Part shown: in pieces, positions 57,920 through 64,000 of the stretch
Numbering within the stretch: the stretch's first letter is position 1
How the letters are laid out: the number at the start of each line of letters is the position of its first letter
Source: Candidatus Latescibacterota bacterium
GTDB taxonomy: Bacteria; Latescibacterota; UBA2968; GCA-2709665
Direction: 5' to 3'
Assembly: GCA_965222075.1 (NCBI GenBank)
Contig: OZ244937.1
Coordinates: forward strand, 3,552,001 to 3,616,000
DNA length: 64,000 bases
The notes under the pieces: generated by a model
Databases searched by the model: none
What the model was told of the DNA's origin: nothing
What the model saw: the letters and a program-made list of their open reading frames with translations, nothing else
Program-made: the position numbers and the translations under genes

Positions 57920-58456
57920 GTGAATAGACCCGAACTCGCCAGACGCATCATGGCAGCATCCTTTCTAACCGGCCAGTTCAAATTGCGGTCCGGACAGACC
58001 AGTTCATTCTACTGGGACAAATACAGATTCGAAAGCGACCCGGTATTGCTGAGCGCTATTGTGGATGAACTGGAGAATCTGCTGCCGTCCGCTTTCGACA
58101 AACTGGCCGGATTGGAGCTGGGCGGCGTTCCACTGGCAACCGGTCTATCTCTAAAAACGGGCAATCCCTGTCTATTTGTCCGCAAAGAGGCCAAACCCTA
58201 TGGAACCTGCAACCTGGTGGAGGGTGGATTCCACGCGGGAGAAACGGTCGTCGCCGTCGAAGACGTCGTAACCACCGCGGGACAGATGTGCGAATCAATC
58301 GCACGGATGAGGGAGGCAGGGTTGCAGGTTCAACATGCGATCTGTGTGATTGACCGCCAGCAGGGCGGCGAGGAGAACCTGAAAGCTATCGGATGCTCAC
58401 TGCATTCGGTCTTCTCACTGGAAGACCTCGAACACCTGGCTCAGGGCAGTGGGTAA
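57920..58456 (+). CDS. pyrE: Orotate phosphoribosyltransferase
   Basis: F.LRSG..S.FY.DK, GLELGGVP, VRKEAK.YGT, VEDVVTTAG PRPP motif. Confidence 0.88.
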   Translation: MNRPELARRIMAASFLTGQFKLRSGQTSSFYWDKYRFESDPVLLSAIVDELENLLPSAFDKLAGLELGGVPLATGLSLKTGNPCLFVRKEAKPYGTCNLVEGGFHAGETVVAVEDVVTTAGQMCESIARMREAGLQVQHAICVIDRQQGGEENLKAIGCSLHSVFSLEDLEHLAQGSG

Positions 58457-58584
58457 TGCTGCTGCGACCTCCACCCTGATTTTAAGTGCCGGATATGCTT
58501 GAATCTTGACAGTTTGGACATTATATTGGGTACAGTCAGAAGAGAACTTACCAAAAACTGTTCACAGTATTGAATATAGAAACA

Positions 58585-60675
58585 ATGTTAATCCCCGAAT
58601 CCGAGTGGCCCTCCCTTCGCCGGCGGGCCCAATCGCAGACGTTCAAGACCGCCGTACGCAGGCTCCGGCAGGACGTCGACGCATTCCTGGACAGGCCCAT
58701 CGACATCCCCTCCGAACCGGCGGGCTACTACCACGACTACTTCTGTGCCGAGCACGGCTGCCAGCTCACCTTCAACTCGGCGACCCCGACGGTGCACCGC
58801 TGCCCGGTCGACGGCGCGCAGTATGAGGGCACCCGCTATGACGCGGCCTGGCGCTGGTCGGCGAACAACCTCCTCTCCGAATCCGCAATCCGGCTGGCCC
58901 TGCGCTGGCGCCTGGAGGAGAACCCGGTCTACCTGAAACGCGTGGCCGACACCCTGACCGGCTACGCTGCGCGGTACGCGGACTACCGCCGTGTGGAACG
59001 TTCCAACACAAACCCGGGCGTGGCCACCTACACCACCTTAGACGAGGCCGTATGGCTCATCCCCCTGACCTGGGCGTTCGACCTGGTGCGCCCCGCCCTG
59101 TCGCAGGAACAGGCGGCCGCCATCGCCGACCAGTTGCTCGCCCCTGCCGCCGAATACCTCGTTCAGCGCCACTACGGAGGGATTCACAACTTCTCCTGCT
59201 GGCACAACGCCGCCATCGGCACCGTCGGCCTCGTGCTGGACCGGCCCGACCTGACCGACTTTGCGGTTGACGGAGAATTCGGCTTTCATGCGCAGCTGCG
59301 CGAGGGCGTCCTCTCCGACGGTCTGTGGTTCGAAGGCTCGGTGAGCTATCACTTCTACGCCTTAGCCGGCCTCCTCGCCCAGGCAAAAGCCACATACCAC
59401 ATCTCCGACCTCGACCTGCGGTCCCACCCAACCCTGCATGCCATGCTCTCCGCGCCCATCCAGTGCGCCTACCCGGACGGCTCCCTGCCCGCTCCCAACG
59501 ACTGCTGGTACTTTACCTCCCTCCTGGGCGACTGTTGCCACGGTGTCCCGCCCGCCCCTGCCTTCTACGAAATCGGCTACGCCTGGTACGACGATGCCCA
59601 TTTTGCCCGGGTGCTCCACAGCGCCTATGGCCATATCCTCCGCGACAGCTTAGACGCCCTGCTCTTCGGCAAAGACGAGATCCCGCCGGCCGGCCTGCAA
59701 CCCCAGCCCAGCGTCAACCTGTCCGGTTCCGGCTACGCCATCCTGCGCTCCCCACCGCCGGACCCGGAGTCCGACCCGGAAGACCAGCAATACCTCCTCT
59801 TAAAATACGGCCCCCACGGGGGCGGTCACGGCCACCCCGACAAGCTGAGCCTCATCCTCTACGCCCACGGCCGCCGCCTCGCCCCCGACCTGGGAACACC
59901 CGGCTACGGCCTTGACCTCTTCCAGACCTGGTACCGCCAGACCCTCAGCCACAACACCGCAACCCTCGACGGCCTGTCACAGCCCCCTGCCCAGGGACAA
60001 CTGCACCGCTTCCGGAGCGAGGGACCTTTCCAGTTGGCGGACGCCGGCGTAACCTGGGACAGCGGTCCCTACGGTGGAGTCTCCATGCGGCGCGTCATCC
60101 TCACCCGCCCGGACTATTTTCTGGACCTCTTCCTGGTCGAACCCGACCGCCCCCGTCGGATTGACTGGATCTACCGCACCGCCGGTGCCTGCGAAACATC
60201 CCTGGACCTCGAACCCGTCGCCACCGCCGGTGAGGGGGACGGATATGAACACCTCACCAGCGTGTACAGAGCAAATTCCAACAGCGACTTTGTGTCTACC
60301 TGGCAGTCCGATGGCGCCGGACTCCGGTGTTTTGTCCCGGGTTTCTCCAGCGCCGAGATCCTGACCGGCCTGGCCCCGGGCAACCCGCCCACAGACCTGC
60401 ACACAACCCTCATCCAGCGCCGCCACACCAGAACCACCGCCTTCCTCTCGGTCTTCCATCCTCATACCCATCCCCCCCGGATCACCTCCGTCGACTGGAC
60501 CGGCCGCGACCTGATGGAAACCGGCTGGGCCGGCTGCACCGTCCACCTTCCCGACGCCTCCGAACACTGGACCCTCCGCCTGACCCCCGACACGGTTGCA
60601 CCACCCGGCCCCGAGAACGTGGACGGCCATTTTGAATATTTCCTAAAGAATGTCGCAGGAGCCCCCGCACGTTAG
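58585..60675 (+). CDS. Heparinase II/III family polysaccharide (oligo-uronate) lyase
   Basis: (alpha/alpha) domain with HN, DG.WFEGS..YHFY; C-terminal GYA.LR, HGGGHGH.DKL, HNT…DG. Confidence 0.82.
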   Translation: MLIPESEWPSLRRRAQSQTFKTAVRRLRQDVDAFLDRPIDIPSEPAGYYHDYFCAEHGCQLTFNSATPTVHRCPVDGAQYEGTRYDAAWRWSANNLLSESAIRLALRWRLEENPVYLKRVADTLTGYAARYADYRRVERSNTNPGVATYTTLDEAVWLIPLTWAFDLVRPALSQEQAAAIADQLLAPAAEYLVQRHYGGIHNFSCWHNAAIGTVGLVLDRPDLTDFAVDGEFGFHAQLREGVLSDGLWFEGSVSYHFYALAGLLAQAKATYHISDLDLRSHPTLHAMLSAPIQCAYPDGSLPAPNDCWYFTSLLGDCCHGVPPAPAFYEIGYAWYDDAHFARVLHSAYGHILRDSLDALLFGKDEIPPAGLQPQPSVNLSGSGYAILRSPPPDPESDPEDQQYLLLKYGPHGGGHGHPDKLSLILYAHGRRLAPDLGTPGYGLDLFQTWYRQTLSHNTATLDGLSQPPAQGQLHRFRSEGPFQLADAGVTWDSGPYGGVSMRRVILTRPDYFLDLFLVEPDRPRRIDWIYRTAGACETSLDLEPVATAGEGDGYEHLTSVYRANSNSDFVSTWQSDGAGLRCFVPGFSSAEILTGLAPGNPPTDLHTTLIQRRHTRTTAFLSVFHPHTHPPRITSVDWTGRDLMETGWAGCTVHLPDASEHWTLRLTPDTVAPPGPENVDGHFEYFLKNVAGAPAR

Positions 60676-60753
60676 AGCGGGGTTTGACCTCCCGGGGCAA
60701 ACCACCACCGCGAACAATGATCTTGCGGCCAAAAGCCGCGAAAGGCTGATCTG

Positions 60754-62952
60754 ATGAATCCCAATCACGAGTGGATTCGACGGGCGCGCATCTTCTTGAT
60801 GGACAACTACCACCCGCCTTTCTGGCCGGATCTTGCTTTTGATGCGAAGAAGCTGATGGAGGTGGTGCGCGAGCATCACGCCAACGCCGTCCGCTTCGGC
60901 AGCGCCGGAAAATGGGCCGTATTCCCCAACGCGTTCTGGCCCGCGCACCCGCAACTCAACGGGCGGAACCTGGTTGAAGAGGTCCTGGACGAGGCCCACG
61001 CCCAGGGCGTGCGGGTAATTGTCTATGCTCCCCTCGGACACATCCTCCCCGACGATAACATCCTCCAACATCACCCGGAGTGGCTGCACCACCCAGCTCC
61101 GAACAGCCAGGCGCAGGGACGCCCGCATCACGGCGGCGGATCGCACCGACAAATCTGCTTTAACACGCCATACCGTGATGCCATCGTCGGGTTCGTCAAA
61201 CAACTCGTGACGGATCATGACATTGACGGGTTCTATACGGACTCGGCGACGCCGTATCACTCCCACCCGACGCCCCGGTCCTGTTTGTGCTACTGTGACC
61301 ATTGTTGCGAAAATTTCAAGCGGCAATTCGGGCGCCCGATGCCCTACGCCCCCGACCCACGCAGCCTGCCGGTCGCCGAGCAGGAGATCCTGGAGCAGTG
61401 GAGTCTGGCGTACGGGCAGATAGTGGCCGATGTGCTGATCGGACTGATCAACTGGATTCGCAAGACCCGAAATATCCCCGTACTGACGCATGGTACGGCG
61501 GTCGAACGGTGGCCTGAACGCCGGGTTATGGATGTCCACGACGGCTTCCTCTACGAGGCGGGAGGCGACTTCCTCCACCGCCTGGAGACAGCGAGTCTCG
61601 GCGAATCATCCGGTCATGCCATCTGGCAATACGTTGGCAGCCTGACCCCCTGGTCACGCCTGCAGTTCTTTTCCAGGGAGTTGGTCGAAGAGGCCGTGGC
61701 CAGCTTTGCATGCGGCGGAGCCATCAACCTTGCCTGCGGGGTCAACTTCGTTCTGGACCGCTCGGGCAGCATTCATCCGGATCTGCAAGACCTTTTCGCG
61801 ACCCTTGAGGCGAACGAGCCGTTATTTGAAGAACTTCACCCTACCCGTTTCGCGGCCGTTCCCTTCGTCCTGCCCGCACGGGTGTACCACATGCTGGACC
61901 GGCTGCGATTCCGCGTTGAACCGCTGGACATCCGTGACCGCCCGGCCGACGTGATTGACGGCCTGCAGGTGCCCAATCCGTCGCAACGAAAGTGCATCAA
62001 AGGCGCCTTCTCCTCCATACTCGCCAACAACCTGCCGGTTCACCTCATCGAAGAGCGACACCTTTCGGATCCGGAAATGTTGAGGCGGTACCCGCTGCTG
62101 TTCCTGCCTAACATCGGACACCTGACTCCGGAGGAAGTCCGCGCCGTGGCGAATTACGTCGAGCGCGGCGGGCGGCTGTTGGCGACATATCGGACGAGCC
62201 TCTATGGCCCGCAGCCGGATAAACTGCGCGACAACTTCGCGCTATCGGAGCTATTGGGTGTGGATCGCATCGCGTGCGAGCCCGACCGCTTGAAAGATCA
62301 TCACCGGCACTTCTGCCACTCCGGAACGTTCGACGTATATGGCCGATCGGTGTATGGCCAATGGCTGGCGCAGAACAGCCCGCATGAGATCTGGCCCATC
62401 AATCGGTTCGAACTGGTCAAGCCACACCCCGGAACCGATGTCGTGGCCAACATCGTATGGGGAGGCCGGGAGGAGGAACTTCTCTGGCCCGCCGTGACCT
62501 GCCGTGAGTTTGGCGACGGACGGGTCGTCTATCTGGCGGCCCCCATCGAGGAGCTGCATTTCGAGTTCCGCATGCCGATCGTTCGCGATCTGCTGGGCGG
62601 GATCGTGGATTGGCTCTGCCCGGAGGGCCGCCCGCTTGTGATGGACGGGCCGGACCAGCTGCTGGCCATCCCCAACGAAAAGCCCGGAGTGCAGGTGCTA
62701 TTCCTGATCAACCACACCGGCGAGCGCGTGGAGGGTCTGCCGGAGCTGTGGCCGCGGATTGGACGGCAATTCAACTACGTGCCCGCCGTGCCCGAGGTGA
62801 ACCTCCGCTGGCGGAGTGCCGAACCAGGCACGCCTCGTCGCGTATGGAACGTGTATACAGGCACCGACCTGGCCGTGACCCTGGATGGCCGCTACCTGAA
62901 AACGAGGTTGGAGAACGTCGGACAGTACGGGATCATTGCCGCTGAGTTCTGA
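60754..62952 (+). CDS. GHL6/GH42-like TIM barrel with trimerisation (class I GATase-like) domain
   Basis: HPEW…CFNTPY, DGFYTD, CYCDHC, Y..LFLPN…YVERGG.LLAT..TSLY, LINHTG. Confidence 0.75.
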   Translation: MNPNHEWIRRARIFLMDNYHPPFWPDLAFDAKKLMEVVREHHANAVRFGSAGKWAVFPNAFWPAHPQLNGRNLVEEVLDEAHAQGVRVIVYAPLGHILPDDNILQHHPEWLHHPAPNSQAQGRPHHGGGSHRQICFNTPYRDAIVGFVKQLVTDHDIDGFYTDSATPYHSHPTPRSCLCYCDHCCENFKRQFGRPMPYAPDPRSLPVAEQEILEQWSLAYGQIVADVLIGLINWIRKTRNIPVLTHGTAVERWPERRVMDVHDGFLYEAGGDFLHRLETASLGESSGHAIWQYVGSLTPWSRLQFFSRELVEEAVASFACGGAINLACGVNFVLDRSGSIHPDLQDLFATLEANEPLFEELHPTRFAAVPFVLPARVYHMLDRLRFRVEPLDIRDRPADVIDGLQVPNPSQRKCIKGAFSSILANNLPVHLIEERHLSDPEMLRRYPLLFLPNIGHLTPEEVRAVANYVERGGRLLATYRTSLYGPQPDKLRDNFALSELLGVDRIACEPDRLKDHHRHFCHSGTFDVYGRSVYGQWLAQNSPHEIWPINRFELVKPHPGTDVVANIVWGGREEELLWPAVTCREFGDGRVVYLAAPIEELHFEFRMPIVRDLLGGIVDWLCPEGRPLVMDGPDQLLAIPNEKPGVQVLFLINHTGERVEGLPELWPRIGRQFNYVPAVPEVNLRWRSAEPGTPRRVWNVYTGTDLAVTLDGRYLKTRLENVGQYGIIAAEF

Positions 62953-63006
62953 GTAGCGCCAGAATCAGAGGGTCGTCTCCGCTGTAACGCAACGCTGGCC
63001 GTAAGA

Positions 63007-64000
63007 CTACCCCGCAGGCTCCAACCGCTGCACCGATTCCGCCTCCGAAGCGATCTGCTCCCAGTCCCACAACTGAGGAATGTATTCCACATTTGACCAC
63101 ATCTCCGCCTGATCGGCGTAGTGCGGGCTTCCCGGATGGCCCGATGCCCCCAGCGGCACGATCCACCGGGAGTTCGTCCAGTCCGATGGGTCGTGAATGT
63201 ACCGGTTCACGGACAGCCCCGTGGCGATAAACGGACGGTTCAGCGCATACCCTCCGGCAAGCGGAGTATCCCCGTCCCCGTGAATCGGCGCTCCGGGTGG
63301 GTCCAGGAGCACGGCGACCTCCGGGAAGACCCCCGATAGCGGGTGCTGCGGTGCGGTGCGATGCAGTCGCCCCCACTGCCACGCAGACATATCATCGCCA
63401 AGCCTCTCCTTGAGCGCCGCGACGGCGTCCTTGAGGGCGGACGCCAGCACGCCCGGCCAGTCGTGTCCGGGCGGCAGGACAGAGGAATCATTCCGTTCGA
63501 GGTCCAGCGTTATCTCCAGGGCAACCAGACGGACGTGGGCCTCCCCGCCTGCGGTCCCCGAAAGCGCCTCTCCCGCCAGATCGCCCACCAGGTGTCCGGC
63601 GATAAAACGCGTCACATGCGCCTTCGTCTGCGCGTAGATCGTCGGTTGTGCCAACTCGCGGTCCATGCGGCCGTCCCATGCCCGCAGCAGATCCAGCGCC
63701 TCTTTAGAATCCCCGTCTAAGGGCGTAACGCCAACCAGCGCCTCCGTAAGAACTCGCGCCGGGTTGGAGACCCGCTCGGCATGAATCCGCGCCATATCCT
63801 CCACGGTCGCCGTCCCCGGTTCGAGCTCCAGAATGCGCGTCTGAACGCGCCGGGCGCGGAACTCCGGGCTGAAATAAAGTCCTACATAGTATGGGTAATC
63901 GTGACCGGCCACGCGCTGGTTACACGTCACCGCGTACCCCGCTTCGGGGTTGATCGCCTTTGGAAGCTCGTTGTGGGGGATGTAGCCCTGCCACTCGTAG
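63007..64000 (-). CDS. Penicillin acylase family (Ntn hydrolase), 5' part outside window
   Basis: INP..GY.VTCNQR, RARR, L.AWDG, WQWGRLH, GASGHPGSPHYADQ..W. Confidence 0.88.
   Translation of the reverse strand, partial: YEWQGYIPHNELPKAINPEAGYAVTCNQRVAGHDYPYYVGLYFSPEFRARRVQTRILELEPGTATVEDMARIHAERVSNPARVLTEALVGVTPLDGDSKEALDLLRAWDGRMDRELAQPTIYAQTKAHVTRFIAGHLVGDLAGEALSGTAGGEAHVRLVALEITLDLERNDSSVLPPGHDWPGVLASALKDAVAALKERLGDDMSAWQWGRLHRTAPQHPLSGVFPEVAVLLDPPGAPIHGDGDTPLAGGYALNRPFIATGLSVNRYIHDPSDWTNSRWIVPLGASGHPGSPHYADQAEMWSNVEYIPQLWDWEQIASEAESVQRLEPAG

Overview
High-GC bacterial chromosomal window, inferred to be from an FCB-group organism such as Candidatus Latescibacterota. The basis is a short RpoD-like sigma without region 1.1 and repeated PhyH, Gfo/Idh/MocA and GHL10-like families; this was not checked against a database. 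Positions 1-30 kb are mostly core genes: cca, murA, rlmN, an M23 peptidase, larC, hup, glnD, rho, rpmE, prfA, prmC and xth. Two unusual modules sit in that part. (i) A PAS kinase and sigma54-activator pair lies upstream of a sigma54 promoter with tandem enhancer boxes that drives an EIIA - sigma70 - EIIA operon. (ii) A membrane protein - BpsA-like aminopropyltransferase - DUF2156 operon carries an internally deleted IS256 element (TIRs plus 8-bp target duplication) in its leader. Positions 31-64 kb are a mosaic catabolic region with many orphan enzymes, truncated gene remnants at junctions and a block of about 14 kb with reversed strand G/C bias. Three conserved genes (rlmN, prfA, FKBP) each show a 1-nt deletion frameshift, most likely assembly errors. 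No rRNA, tRNA or CRISPR array was seen.
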